Below are positions 40,285 through 58,965 of a stretch of 64,000 nucleotides of DNA, in pieces. The notes under the pieces were generated by a model, which was not told where the DNA came from, ran no database searches, and saw only the letters and a list, made by a program, of their open reading frames with translations. Position numbers and translations under genes: made by a program. Within the stretch, counting starts at the first letter, position 1. Each line of letters begins with the position of its first letter. Location of the stretch: contig OZ037771.1 in NCBI GenBank assembly GCA_964035545.1, positions 7,805,408 through 7,869,407 of the forward strand, written 5' to 3'. Source of the DNA: Bugula neritina. Lineage: Eukaryota; Animalia; Bryozoa.

Positions 40285-43200
40285 ATGGGAGATGTTGTTA
40301 TTGAGAATACCTCTAACCCATTTACTCAGGACCGTCTCACCCCTGAACACCTAGCTTTGCTATTTCCTCCTAAATTCTATCAAAATGACGATTCATTAGC
40401 CTTGCATCTATCTGGTGAGTTATCACTCTGTTACAGTACTAAAGTTGTGTAACATATATGACTTTTTAAGCAGCAGTACTGTAGATTTGAAATTATGGCT
40501 GATTGCTGGAATTTCATTAAAGCACTGTTGAGTTGTTATGAATCAATGAATTGATCTGAACTAAGCATTTTGGTCTTGTAACTTGTGAAAATTCAAAAAA
40601 ACTGGCCCAAGCGGATGATAATCGTCAAGTCAGGTTAGCAGGTCACCTTGAGTTCACTTGATTATTTCAAAAATCGACTCTGTTCAGAGAACTACACTCA
40701 CATCAATAAGTACTTAATCCCAGCTCTGTTGTGTTTGCAGAATCATGTCTGGTAGAATCAACTACTTGGGATGGGAACATTGCTATTGGTGACATGGCCT
40801 TTTGGTTGAAGGTGCTCAGCACTCCTCAAACTGAGTATCTGAAGCAGCAGAAGAGAGCTTTCAAGTCGAGAGTTGCTGAAATGTGTCGAGATATTCGAGT
40901 GAAAGATGTAGGTGTAGGCCAACTTCTGGTTTATATTTATCTGCCAATTTCTTCATCTCCCAACCAAAGCGATAAGGGTTCACTGCAATAGTGAGCTTTA
41001 TTTCTATTTCAAGAACACGATGTAGTTGTTCATATGCATGTTGTCTTACTAAATAATTAGAGGCTCATTGTTGCCTGTAGAGATCCTTGCAAACTGTTAG
41101 AACTCATTGTAAGTATGTCATAGCCTCTCTACTCTAAAACAATTATTGTAAATGATGACTACGGTAGCATAAAATAGCAAGTTTACAAAATACATGTTTT
41201 AAAGGCCGCTGTTGTAAAACTATTCCTGTATTTTCAGGGTAGGCCAGTGGCTAAGAAGTTGCATACTGAAGTTCAAGATTCTCCACCTAAACCTGTTGTC
41301 CAGCAATTGAAAGTGACCACATCCAATATTTTGATGAAACCAAAACCCACTCTTACTACAGTACTTGTTGTTGATAGCTCTGCTGGTATGTTATCTATGT
41401 GACGTGCTCACATGAATTAGTTTATGCTGTTACCTAGCAGCTTGAATGATACCTCCAATGTTGTAGTGGCATGAATTTCATCTCAACAGAATGTGAATAT
41501 AACTTGTGTGGTCATACCTACATGTTTAATCTTTTCAGTATTATTTTGTGGTTCACAATCTCTCAACACTTATTTTTAAAACAATAACATGATTTAACAC
41601 TTTTCACACTAAATTCTTGTTTGCAGGTGAAGACCAGCCAAAGCCAAAGGCCTCCAACCAGGTAAATCTCAAGTGTAGTGTAAATGTTGCTGACTTGTAG
41701 TTTCGAGGAGTTGCTTTCTCTTTAGTTCTATATGCTTTATGTGCTCACAAATCTTAATTTTCAACACCGATAAGATTTTATGGCTACACAGTAATAATAA
41801 AAAGTTGGTGACAACATATTGTTACTTCAACCTAATTTTTGCCCAAGCATTTTTATCTGGTTGTTGTGGAGAAACTCTGCGTTATTCAAACAGTAGAGAG
41901 GTTTTTTATGATTCAAGATGGCCATAAATTCATAACATTTTCTTTGTATAAAGCCATTTCAGCAGTTTAAGTGTTTTGTGGCTAAACTAATAAAATGTCC
42001 AAGCATGTGCATTTATTATTAGAAGACTTGTAAGAACATTGTCGCTTCTTTATTAGATTTTGTCTATCAATGTATTCAAACACCTCAAACATATTTCATG
42101 TATAGCCTTAGAATCTATACTATGGTTGTTGCAGATAACTCAACTAACTCTGGATGCAGTGGCCAGCCCGACTCCCGGGTTTGGCCTCAACTCCTACAAG
42201 TGTACCACGTGTGACTTTGCGACTGACACGCGAGAGAGACTCAACCACCATCAGAAGATGGCTCACGCCGCGGAGCGGCCCTACAGCTGTGAGTACTGTG
42301 ACTACACCTCCAAGTATTCCTGGAACATCAAAACCCACGTGGATAATGTTCACTTGAAGACCAAGAGGTTCAAATGTGCTCACTGTGACTTTGCATCTCC
42401 TCAAGCCTGTCTCCTTAGACGCCATGTGAGCCGAGTGCACACCAACGCCCGCGATGTCAAGTGCCAGTACTGTGATTATCGCACAAACCATAAGGACGTC
42501 CTCAGACGCCATGTTCACATGAAGCACACCGGTGATTTTGATCATAAATGTCCGTACTGTGCTTTTGGCAGAGATGCTAAATACGAGGTAGAAGATCACA
42601 TCAATGCAGTTCACCTCAAGAAAGTCATATATCAGTGTTCGGAGTGCAGTTTTCAGACGTATCGTAAAATCACTCTAAAAAGTCACCACAAAGACCATGC
42701 GTCTAAGCCGATGCTTTCCTGTCCCAGTTGTAACATGAAAAGTATATATCCATCTACTCTAGCCAAGCATATCCGAGATAATCATCCGCAAATTCCCATG
42801 CCGGAAGAGCTTAAAGATGTGAGACATAAGATTGAGCAGAGGAACATTGCGTCTGGAGATGTGGATTACACTCCTGTGATGATGTGTAGGTGTAAACTGT
42901 GTGATTTCACCTGTGAGAAAATCGTGACACTAAAAGCTCATGTCAGAAAAGCACACAATGCGAACTCACGTCATAGCTGCCCAGTTTGTAAAACTGGCTT
43001 TGCAAATAAACGTAACCTTACCAATCATATGACTAAACAACATAACATAAATAAAAACAGTCTATCAAAGAATCAATTCACAAGTAATAAGACTGGAATC
43101 GGCGACGAAACAATCAATTTAGTAGATTCTGTACCCTTACCAACTTTAAACTTAACTGACTCTGTCCAGACAGAGGGTACACTGACAGATGTCGACAGCG

Positions 43201-43397
43201 CTGTGTGTGGTACACGCAGTTTAATGACGACAAATAATATTGCTGCCAGTGAAGGAGAATTCTCTGTGACAGGTCCTAATCCTCAGGTTGTTCTAAATTT
43301 TCATCCAAAGCAATCCAACAATTTGAATAGCCAATCAAATGACACCGTCATATTTATTGAGGAGACAGAAACACTGCTAGATTCAGTTTCTCACTAG
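40285..43397 (+). CDS. C2H2 zinc-finger protein A (9 fingers) with unrecognised N-terminal domain; 6 coding exons
   Basis: Exons 40285-40414, 40741-40907, 41061-41108, 41238-41385, 41627-41661 and 42135-43397, phases compatible. Fingers CTTC, CEYC, CAHC, CQYC, CPYC, CSEC, CPSC, CKLC and CPVC. Confidence 0.9.
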
Positions 43398-43734
43398 CAA
43401 TCATGTGTAAATCATGAAGCTTACCTATAGACAAACTATATACAACATGCAATATGTCAGTTTATTTTGAAGAAATAAAAAATTGTAAATATATTTTTAT
43501 ATGTGGGCAAAATTTTAAACAGACGATATACTCTTATATTGTATTTTGATTAGGGATTACTATAAGAACTCCATGACTAAAAACAAAAGTGACTTCAAAT
43601 TTAGATGCTTTCAAAAATATACTTTTTTTTAAATTTGTGTATAGTTGGAAAAAAATGGTATTGCATTTTTCAGATCAATATTCTAAATAATAAATCTTAA
43701 TGTTGTTGAGCAAAGTTAAATAAAAAAATAATTA

Positions 43735-43920
43735 ATACACACACGTGCTCGCTCGCTCACACATACATTTATATACACATGTATGTATGCATGTATATAT
43801 ATATACATATGTAAGCATGCATATATGCATGTATGTATGCATGTATGTATGCATGCATATATGCATGTATGTGTGTATGCATGTGTGTATGTATGTGTGT
43901 GTGTATGCATGTGTATATAT
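43735..43920. repeat. (ATGT/ATGC/AC)n compound microsatellite
   Basis: Direct inspection. Confidence 0.9.
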
Positions 43921-44614
43921 GAGTCATTTTAAAATTTATTAAATGAAATATTCAACATAAAGAATGGTTTTCATTTGTTTAGATGCATGTGATTGGATCC
44001 CAGCTTTTAGATTACCACCAAAAAGCATGATTATAATATATCAGGAAGTGTATGTGTAAAATTAATACCTAAGCTAACACGTACTAGTCATAACAAAGAG
44101 AAATTGTCATTTCCATAACGTCTGTATAAAAGGGAAGTTAAGGTTTTTTTGGATATACGTACAGTTTTACACAAGTTTTGAAATTCTTGAAATAAAAATA
44201 TTATTGCAATGAAAATGTGTTTAATAAAATAGATTTAAAAAGTAAAGAATTAAACAAGATGCACATAATAAATAACTATTGCATAAAGGTTGAGGATGTT
44301 GACTCATAGTAGATCAATAAAAAATCAGAATTATACTATGTTAATAATTTAGTAAAATAAAATACACATTTCATTTATACAGGCTTAAACTAGAAGCTAT
44401 CCCACAGGTCTGTGCACTTGTACATAATTTATATTATTTATTAGCTAACTCCACATCTTTTTAATTACTTAATTCTGCAAAATAACTAAAAACTTATAGA
44501 GCATAGAATATTCATGCAGTGTGTAAACGTGGCATGAGAGTAAGTGTACAAAAGCATTTACTCTGAGCTTATTAGAATAGACTGATCAGTCTCTAAATTC
44601 ATAAATTAAACTTT

Positions 44615-44779
44615 AGGTGAAGTAGTGGAGAAATTGAGATAGCCCAAGTTCTTAAATTTGTTATTAAATTTTGGTTTGGGGCGCTGGTTGAAATTCTGGT
44701 GAGAACATAACTTCTTTTACTATATTCTAATCTGGAATCGCAGGCTTTTCTTAATTTTTCCATTACTGCACCTGCCTCC
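44615..44779. mobile_element. MITE family B copy
   Basis: GGTGAAGTAGTGGAGAAATTGAG ... CTTAATTTTTCCATTACTGCACC. Confidence 0.8.
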
Positions 44780-45001
44780 ACTGTTTAGATGATTTTGCTG
44801 TTTTTACACATGTAAGGATCTGCAGGCACGAGTTGCATTTCAAAATCATCATGTGGCTTAAAAGTTGTCAATCAGCTTTTTTATAGTTTGAAACAAAATC
44901 ATGTAACCAAATTATGCAAAATTTATAAACTGTAAAACTCCTATTAGCTTGTTTTACAGTTAATCCAATTTGTTTAGTGGGTGTTACCTGAAGAAAATCT
45001 G

Positions 45002-49501
<4,500 letters not shown>

Positions 49502-51996
49502 GATTGAGATACAACTGCTACTGCCTTATATAAAGCCACTTTACAAAGAAGTATTTAATAAAATGTATGTGTGTTATAGAGTGTTAGACATTCAAATGAC
49601 TAAATCTGTAAGTTATGTAGTTATGCTGGTCTGGTGCTGCTGCAGACACTTATTAAATAACTGAAATAAATGCCACACACCTGCATGAATAATAATGGTG
49701 AGTATGGAATGTTGTGTTTTCAGTAATATTATATATAAAAAATAACTTTCAACACAGCACAGGTTTTAACCTTTTAAAAAGGCTCTTTTGAGCTTTATAT
49801 TAATTATCTATTGCGCGTATTGTGGCTATGATTGTGAGAGTTGTCAGCCGCTACCCGAACAGAGTAGAGAGGAGGTTATGAGTATTGTGAGAGTTGTCTA
49901 CGTATTTTTAAATCCGGCATAAACAATCACATGATGCAAGCGCGATTAAGCAAGTTATGTATTTATACCATGAATACGGAAAATAGTTTGAGATATAAAC
50001 TGCACGCAAATATTTACTTTTGATAAACTTTTTAAAGTGTTGCTTATGTTACGACAATATCAATTGCGGCAGTTTTTCATGTATAACTAACTTGTTAGCG
50101 TTGACCGCTTCACTTTCCAGCTACAAACAGGACGGTTTATTACAGGTAGGAGATCATTGCTAAGAGATGTTTGATATCTTAATGTGTATAGCATATACAG
50201 AAACCTCTCAAAGAGAAGACGTTATTGTAGCTCATCTCATTAATAATAACTTCAATTTTTTATGTGTGTAGCAATTCAAAATGAAAATTTTTACGTACAT
50301 TTTTAGTAATTACAAAACTTAAACTGACGTTGACGCAATCACAATGGCAGAGTCACAATCTAAAAGTAAATTTTTATCACTCTGACTATCACTATGACTA
50401 TGAGTATGAGCTTATCCTGTTCCTATTACCATTGCATTCAGCATTGGCATTGTCAATCATTGTGATTGGGCTTGGCGGTTGGCCCTGGGTAATAATAAGT
50501 ATAATAATAATAGTAATACTATAAGTATAACTAGTACTGTAACTGTAAGTTTAAGTATAAGTGTTATAGTACTAATTGAGTAATACTAAGTCTAAGACTA
50601 ATACTTAATAGTAATACTAATACTAGTTATAGTGTAATACTATTTAGTATTTAAGTAATATTAATTCAGTAATTGGCTAATACTAATACTAATAGTAATA
50701 CTAATACAGTAATGCTAATACTATAGCATTAACTATAAATCGAAGACTTGGACTAAGTATTTTTTAATCATCAATGAAATATCTCAATTTTTATACTAAT
50801 ACTAATAGTATTACATATTAATCATATTTATTTTGATATAATTCAATTTGTGCCCCTAAATAAGTGAATGTAGAACAGATATTACGTCATATTCAAATTA
50901 TTCATCTTGATTGTATTCACTTTCAGTATGCCAGCAACTAGCAAGTATGACTATTAGCTACATTTAGTCAATTAGTGAAATGATCATTGGTGTGCCATAC
51001 TAGCGCCTGTAATTCTCTCTTTTAATAAAATGTGATGGCATTTGTTGGTTAGTAAATGACAGTTGCTGCTGTAAAAAATTTGATTTAAAAATTAGTTTAT
51101 ACTTGAAAGAGAACTGATCTTAGTAGAATCATCAACTCATGCAACTTGTAAGTTTTATTTTTATAATCATTCATGAAATAAACAGTGCTGAGTTTGATTA
51201 AATTTTAACTTAGTAGTAGTTTATAAAATATGTTTTATGCAGAAATATTTTTGTTTCCTGACATTGAATTTACAGCTTTGGATCATTACACTCTTTAACC
51301 ATTTCTCAATAATTGTTATTGCTTTTACACTGTACTCTCAGTTTGTTGAATATGTTTTCTTGTATACAAATAAAATGGCACATGGCATGTATTGTATTTA
51401 CAAAAAGAGCCTGCAAAAATTATTTTCTAAAATTTCACTCAATTTCTCAGTATCTAGTTGAGTTCTCTTTAGCCTTGAGGTTTATCTTCACTTACAACTT
51501 AGAGTACGAGTATTCAACTTACTTTACTGTATATTATAAATAGTGAATCACTGCTAAATTGTTGCTGCCTTGTGCGTCAGTGGCCTGTGTCTTGTGTATT
51601 ACTGACTATCAGTGGCATCATCAGCATTTTAACTAACAATGTCAGTTCGATACTTTGGAGTAACAGTAAACAGGACATCAATCAGACTTGGGCATTATTT
51701 ATTAAGCTACTTACTTTAAATTCTAAAAGCCGTCTTCTTATCGACTAATACTTGCCTCAAGTTTTAAAGTCGATATATTAATATTTAAAACACTCAATGC
51801 TATGCTGCGTATATCACTCATCATTGTTACTAGTACTGTTCAAATCTGAATATCTTTTAACTCAAACCGTTATTTTAGCGCATCTTTTTTGATCGACATT
51901 TTCACATGATTTATTTTTGCAATCTTATGTAGTTGTGTGCTAAAATGAGTTACATAACAACTGTATTTCTTGTAGTGTATGTACACTAGTACTACA

Positions 51997-54726
51997 ATGG
52001 AAGAAAAAACTGAGCTACTGAATCCTTATGCCACTGAGAAGTTATCTCCCAAACATCTGGAGTTGCTTTACCCTGCAGTTTTCTATAAGTCAGATGAGGA
52101 GTTGTCTCTCCATCTCTCACGTAAGTCGTATGAGTCATAGGGTATGTTGCATGGCTAACCAGTTGTCTAAATGCGCCTCAAGTTGTGAATTGCTAAAAAA
52201 TATCACCTGAAGTAGAGTTTCTGTAGGCTTTTCACTTTATATTATGATATAACAACTCTGTATGTTGTTTTAAAACGCAGTAGAGATTGATGGCTCAAAT
52301 TTGATATGCATTAACAATTATTCTGAGAGATTTATAAATAAATATTACAATATCTAATGACAAGATTAACTTGGCATTGCAGAGGCATGTCTAGTGGAGC
52401 GATTGTCCTGGGAGGGGGATAAAGCTATTGGCGAGACAGCTTTCTGGCTGAAGGTGCTCAGCACCCCTCAGACTGAGTATCTGAAGCAGCAGAAGAAGCT
52501 CTTCAAACTCGCAATCACTGAGAGATGCAAAGACATATGCGATACTTATGTAAGTTATTACTGGGCAGCTGTTTTGAACTGATATTCCATTGACTAATGA
52601 ATCAGTCAAAATGCATTCTACAGTAAGCAAATGCTGAAAGGATTTTTGTTTGTTATACATACATTTACAATTATAAAAAGGCACAGGTTGCTCTGGCATC
52701 TATTGACGTATTGCAAAGTTCACTGCATCTATGTTTTTATGTAACAATAGAATAGTCCGGGTCTTGGTCTGCCACCGGAGGTGATAACTCTTAATATTCG
52801 GGGCAAGCAAGGAGAGCCCAAGTCTCCAGCCGCTGTCCCCATGTTGGAAAAGAGGCCGCAGTTGAAGCCCGTCATACGAGTGACTACTGGTGATAATGGC
52901 ACTCAGGTCGGGGTGCTGACCACAGTTCCGGGTGCGTATTGTAGACTGTGATCTGTGAGTTCAGCTTAGCCTGTGTTAGTAGAAAATCATGAATAGAGAA
53001 GGTAACTCACAGTAAGTACTCACAGTAAGTACTCACAGTAAGTACTCATAGTAAGTACTCATAGTAAGTACTCTGTAACTCACGGTAAGTACTCTGTAAC
53101 TCACAGTAAGTGCTCTGTAACTCAGAGTAAGTACTTACAGTATGTACTCTGTAACTGATGTGTATTCTGTAGAGACTGTGGACACTCCGGTCACAGATCA
53201 CATAATAACTGACAACGAGTGGGAACTTATTGAGAAACACCTCAACGAAGGCGTCACTGAGGCTGCTGCTGCCGCCGCTGTTACTCAGGTCAGCATTGTA
53301 AACATTTACTTGACTCACTTGATAATGATGAGTGTTTATTGTGTTGCATGGAAGTAATAATTTCCGTCACTTAGTCTAGTAGTGCATGGGTGACTGGGTT
53401 ATACTCTGCAATGTCCTCTGTAAGAAGTTATATTGATTGTATTTTTCTGTCTCTCTTTACATGTTTATCTCAGGTGCATGTTGTGTATTTCTGTTGCAAT
53501 AACCATCAGCTTTGTGTGTGATTTTGTAGGCGTCGGATTTCGCCAGCCCCACCCCAGGGTTTGGTATAAAGACATACAAGTGCCGGCATTGTGAGTTTGC
53601 CTCTGACAATCGAGCGGGGCTAAACAGACACCAGAAGCTGAACCATGCTGACGAGCTGCCGTACAGCTGTGACCGCTGTGACTACACGTCAAAGTATGCG
53701 TGGAGCGTCAAGACCCACATCGACAGCGTTCACCTCAAGAGCAAGAGATTCAAGTGCCCTCTCTGTGACTACGCGACGTCGCAGGCTTGTTTCTTGAAGC
53801 GGCACACGCTCAGACGTCACAACCCGGAGAAGGGGGCCTACAAGTGCACGTACTGTGACTACGCTGCCCACCACCCCAACAGTCTCCAGCGCCACATCAA
53901 TCGACAGCACACGCATAATTTTGCTCACAAGTGTCCGTACTGTGACTTTGGCAGAGACTGCAAGTACCTGGTGGAGGACCACATCAACGCCGAGCACCTC
54001 AAGAAGGTCATCTACCAGTGCTCTGAGTGCAGCTTCCAGACGTACAAGCAGAGAGCTCTCAAGAGTCACCACAAGACGCACGAGAACAAGAGTGTGATGC
54101 AGTGCTCTGAGTGCGAGTTCAAGTCTGTCAGCGTGTCCGGCCTCACCAAGCATATGAAACAAGAACACCCGGACGTTGACGCTAAGGCTACGGTTGCTGG
54201 AACTAAGGGCAAGAGAAGTCTAGCCTCTGTCGTCCAGCACGACGGTGACGAGTACACAGCCGTGGTGATGGGGAAATGCAAGTACTGTGATTACGCCAAC
54301 GAGAATCTGTTGAAGCTAAAGGCCCACGTAAGGAGATACCATAGGAAAGGCAACGCCCAGTGTCCTCACTGTCCATTCACTGCCATCACCAAGATCTCTC
54401 TGGCCAAACACATCAATAACAAACACGCTGCTCTAGTGGCCACTACCGATGATGCCGCAAAGGATGCTTCTGCCAACGTTCTTCTTAGTGCTGATGCTGT
54501 CACCAACAGCGCTGTCACCGAGACCTTTGCTGCCGAGGGTATCGCTACTGCAGAGGACGCATTCTCAGCGAGTATCCCTGCCGGGAGTTTGGGTGAGGTC
54601 GCAGTGGAGGGCGGGGGTACTGTGACAGCGCAAGTAGCGTCAGTTGTGAATCAAGCTGATCTGCCTACAGTCTCCTTTGTCGAGGGGTCGGATGGTAACA
54701 TCATAGTAGTTCAGAGTGCAGAGTAG
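51997..54726 (+). CDS. C2H2 zinc-finger protein B (9 fingers), paralog of protein A; 5 coding exons
   Basis: Exons 51997-52120 (an in-frame ATG also lies at 51979), 52383-52549, 52751-52931, 53173-53288 and 53530-54726. Shares the N-terminal domain, the ASPTPGFG motif and finger sequences (HKCPYC.FGRD.KY.VEDHINA.HLKKVIYQCSECSFQTY) with 40285-43397. Confidence 0.9.
53000..53155. repeat. AGTAAGTACTCAC-type minisatellite in ZF-B intron 3
   Basis: 13-bp units, then ~21-bp units, running up to the acceptor at 53172. Confidence 0.88.
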
Positions 54727-55239
54727 TGTGATGGAGACTACATTGTATTTATATTCGTCTTATTTAAGTTTTGTTTTATACATACAAATGATTATTTTAA
54801 TTGTAATCAAATTGCCAATGAGTGATTCATTTCTATATGATGATTTGATGTATATAGCTCATGTATATAGACCAAATAAATCAAAATTACATTTTGTTAA
54901 ATGTTTACAAAGAAATGTTTTTTTAAGTTAAATAGATTCAACTTAAAGTACCTTCACACTGTACAGCTAACTCATGCTGTTTGCTTGATAATACAAAACT
55001 CATAACTTCTAGAGTTATTTGAACGCTCTGGCTTAAATAACCAAATCATTGCTTTGCCAGAAACATGAGCTTCTTCTGTTGCAAAAGTTCGGGCAGGCGC
55101 AATGATACATTTTTCTGTGTTGTAGACTAGACAAATCTTAATCAGTGCCCAGTATTTATTTATGAACCTCAGATTATAGCATGTAAAACTATATAAAGCA
55201 ACAGTTCATTACATTGTTTTTTACATATGTGGTTCAATT

Positions 55240-58200
55240 CACTCTTCTGTTACTTCTGCTCCCCACTTTTGGTCTGAGTGTCGGCAACTTCAGCTCTAAA
55301 ATCAAATTCAATTTTTACACGAGTTGCTTTTTCGAGGTCAAAAAATTGGTTTTTAATTTAAATATAGTGTTATATTGTGGTTTTTAGGATGCAACAAGCA
55401 AATGCAGCATAGCACCTTTATCAACAGCTGTTGATAAAGGTTAAAGCTTCAAGTGTGGCATATGAAAAATAATCTTACTGTGTGCCATCCTTTGTTGGGT
55501 GCATTTCAAACCTTCGAGTATTTTCATTAAACTTTATTTCCAATTCTTCTCGGTAATGTCCTTAAAAGCAATACCAATATTATACTAGATGAGACACAAT
55601 AGAAACTGTACAATCATGTTGGATGCAGTAAAATAGATGAAGAGTATTATAATATGTGGACAGTTACTGCTGTTGGAGTTGTCTGACCACTGTAGTGCTC
55701 ATTAGACTGTTAACTGTCAGATTACACACTCTCCTTAATATACATAATGTAATACATAATTTATATAATATAACTTAATATATCACTTATATAATATAAC
55801 ATAATGCAATATACCATTCATATATAATCTAATGCAGTATATTAATTCATATAATATAATACAATACATCATTCATATATATAATATACTTACTATATTC
55901 CGGCAACGTATGCTCCTCAATAAATCTCTCTAATTCTCCCTCCTCAGTCAAAGCGCAGAATTTGTAGTCATTACTCAGCTGCTCCACTTTCCAACCCAAT
56001 AAATCCATTTCATTTTCCAAGACCTGGAACATCAGCAAACGTAATGCCACTGATTGTAATTAGTATAAATTACTCTCATGTAAAAATAACTCTACATCAA
56101 CTCAGCAAACACTACTTTTTAAGTTCTCTTACAGCAGGTTCATTCTCCCCTTTCTTATCCTTGGTTTTATAAATTGGAATTCGACCTTGAGTCGTGCACT
56201 TGTTCATTGCAGGTGATAAAGTCTTCATGTCTAGTCGCTCTTTGTTGTAGTTGTCTCCTCTAGGGTGAGATATGCTTGTAGGTTTTACCTGCTGCATCAC
56301 AAGTAATATATGTGTGTATATATAATAACAATATATTAAAATAGCAATATATAATAGCAATATATAATAAATATTGGTGTTATAATATAACACAATCAAT
56401 ATTCTTCTAATAGTATAATGGTATTATGTTTACAATAACTGATATGTTTATAACAATTAACATGTATATGACAATATTGTAGTAACTATGATAATACTTC
56501 GTAAATAAAATAGTAAATAGATAATGAATAAATACTAGACACTCTATATAGGCCATATAAAATATTTTTAACTATTTAAAATATTTTTTTATGAAAATAC
56601 TATTCTAAAATTTACAAATTAATATGTCAGACAAGCAACAAACATAGCAATACAGTAAACTTTCTACTGCGCAATACTCACTGGGAAAGCCAGAGATTCT
56701 GGAACATGTGGTGTTTTACAGAGATTATCCAACTCTGTTTCTAGTGTCTTCAATCTTCGTCTGGGACTGCCACAAATATTCTTCAAGTCTTTAGTCGTTT
56801 TTTCATTGTCTGTCCACGGCAAGGAATATTCTGCAAATGGCTTCGTAGGCTTTGTAAGTTTTACTTTTCGAAATTCTGTCAAAATATTTTAACAAACATT
56901 TAACCTGTTAAACAAATACACATTTATAAGGTAACTTATTGGATTTCAACTGCCTCTCTCGAGCTGTGTTTGAGTTTATGTAAATGATGGTTTTACTATT
57001 CCACTAATGTTTATAGCATGATATATATTACTTTGGAGTTTTTTCAAGTGTAAAGTATAAAACTCAATAAAGTAGAAAACAGTTTCTGGTGTATCCACAA
57101 AGCATATCCGTGCAACAACCACCTCCAGTTTTATTAGTGGATACAAACATTTCCTCATCTAGATTTTTATTTTGTTTCAAGCTTTTTTTATCACTGCCCA
57201 ATTCTTCATCAGAAATATCTCTTGGTTTAGGCAGCCCAGAACATACAGTAGCGTATAGAGTAGAAGTCCAAGACAACAGTCTTGGGTCATCAGTTGAAAA
57301 CATTAGAACTACAGAGCTCAGTGTTCCTCAACTGACTTGAAAGGTTAACCAGGCACTACAAAGCCTGTTAACCAAATGTGCAGCCCTAACAGCTCAGAAA
57401 TTATGTCTACTGTTGGCCTTAACACCACAATAAAAGAATGTCATTCCTTCACAGTAGCATTGTTCTGTGTAATGCTCAGTCATTATTATTATTATATATA
57501 GCGACTTGATTGTCAGACAATCAACTGGACTTAGGAGCAGTAGTGGAGAAATTGAGATAGCCTAAGTTCTGTAGTTTTATTATTAAATTTTGGTTTGGGG
57601 CGAGGTTTGAAATTCTCCCGAGAACATAACTTCTTTTGCTACATTTTCAATCTAGAACACAGGCTTTTCTCAATTTCTACATTACTGCACCCACCTCATC
57701 AACTGAAGCTACACTACTGAGATTTTCACAAGCACATAGCCTTATATAAGGGAAACATTAGTATACTAATAGTCAGCGTACCGTTTGACTTATCACCCTC
57801 TCCATCCCTTCTGCTCTGTGCTGTTCTGGTTGCATTCTCTCTGGAACTACTCATTTCTGCCAACAAATTATTAGTAAATGTGTCCAGGTCTATTTCCTCA
57901 AGCTCCGGCTCTTCCGTCCAGTCATTACTCACCGAGTCCATGTTAACTGCAAACGTGTGCGCATTACCCGACACATTTCCTGTCAATAAAACAAAAATAA
58001 GGATTTTCGTGCCATAAGCATAAGATTCTATACATTGTTCGACAAGCCATGCTTCTGAGAACAGTGTTTACTAGACTCACTACATGTTATTATGCTGAGT
58101 TTCTACATAAAGTTGTTCAATACATGTATTTAGATTCTATACACCTGCAATCCAGAACTTTTGTATCATCAGGGATTTCTTGAAACTTACTGTTTCTGAT

Positions 58201-58490
58201 ACACATAAATATATCATGTGCACCAATAAGCTGTTTCACCAAAAAAGAAAGTTTTTAATGAATGCATTATATCAGGTTTAATAACATCGATTTTGCATGG
58301 TTATTTTGTCTTCTAGCATCTCATCCATTATAATGATGCAAGCAAGTGCTGCAACTGCTAAGAATATCAACTGGTAAAAATGAACAGCAGTTAGATACAG
58401 TACCTTCTAGAGACTCTATTATAGAAATTGACTTGAGCAAGTATTTCGAGTACTTGGAGCACTTAAATTTCTTGTCACTTTGCATGCTGC
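55240..58490 (-). CDS. Uncharacterised multi-exon gene, or 3' part of the gene at 58966-63724
   Basis: Open exon-like segments with splice sites at ~57781-57979 (DWTEEPELEEIDLDTF), ~57064-57330, ~56682-56905, ~56115-56289, ~55873-56024 (VLENEMDLLGWKVEQL) and ~55478-55560. No family recognised; ends uncertain. Confidence 0.6.
57533..57697. mobile_element. MITE family B copy
   Basis: GGAGCAGTAGTGGAGAAATTGAG ... CTCAATTTCTACATTACTGCACC. Confidence 0.8.
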
Positions 58491-58965
58491 AAGATGACAC
58501 TTGCTACAGAGCAGCACAACTACACAGCGGGAAAACGTTACAGCAAGCACTGCATATATTCCGCCATCTTGTAAACTCCAAGTTTCAACAATAGGATTTC
58601 GTGTTTACGCTCTTTATGGCAACAATTGAAATTTTTGATCAATCAGATTTTATATTCAGCACTGAAGTGTTTAGTATTTGATAATAATAAACAATGCCAT
58701 CTAATAATAGAGAGTGCCAACTAATGATAGTCAATACTAAATAATAATAGACAATGCTAGCTAATAATAGACAATACTATCTAATAATAGACAATGCTAT
58801 CTAATGATAGACCATACGATCTAATAAGTATTTGAGAAGAGAAAGATTAGACTACTTTCCTAATTAAAAAATAATATAAAACATGCAGAATATTTTAATT
58901 AACTAGTATTGAAAGCTTATATAATTTATCCATTACAATGTACTCATATATTATCTTATACTTGC

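Noticed and set aside
42144-42614. Antisense and alternative-frame ORFs over the zinc-finger exons (also 53689-54168, 53855-54097)
   Set aside because: Expected shadow ORFs of GC3-rich, repetitive C2H2 coding sequence.
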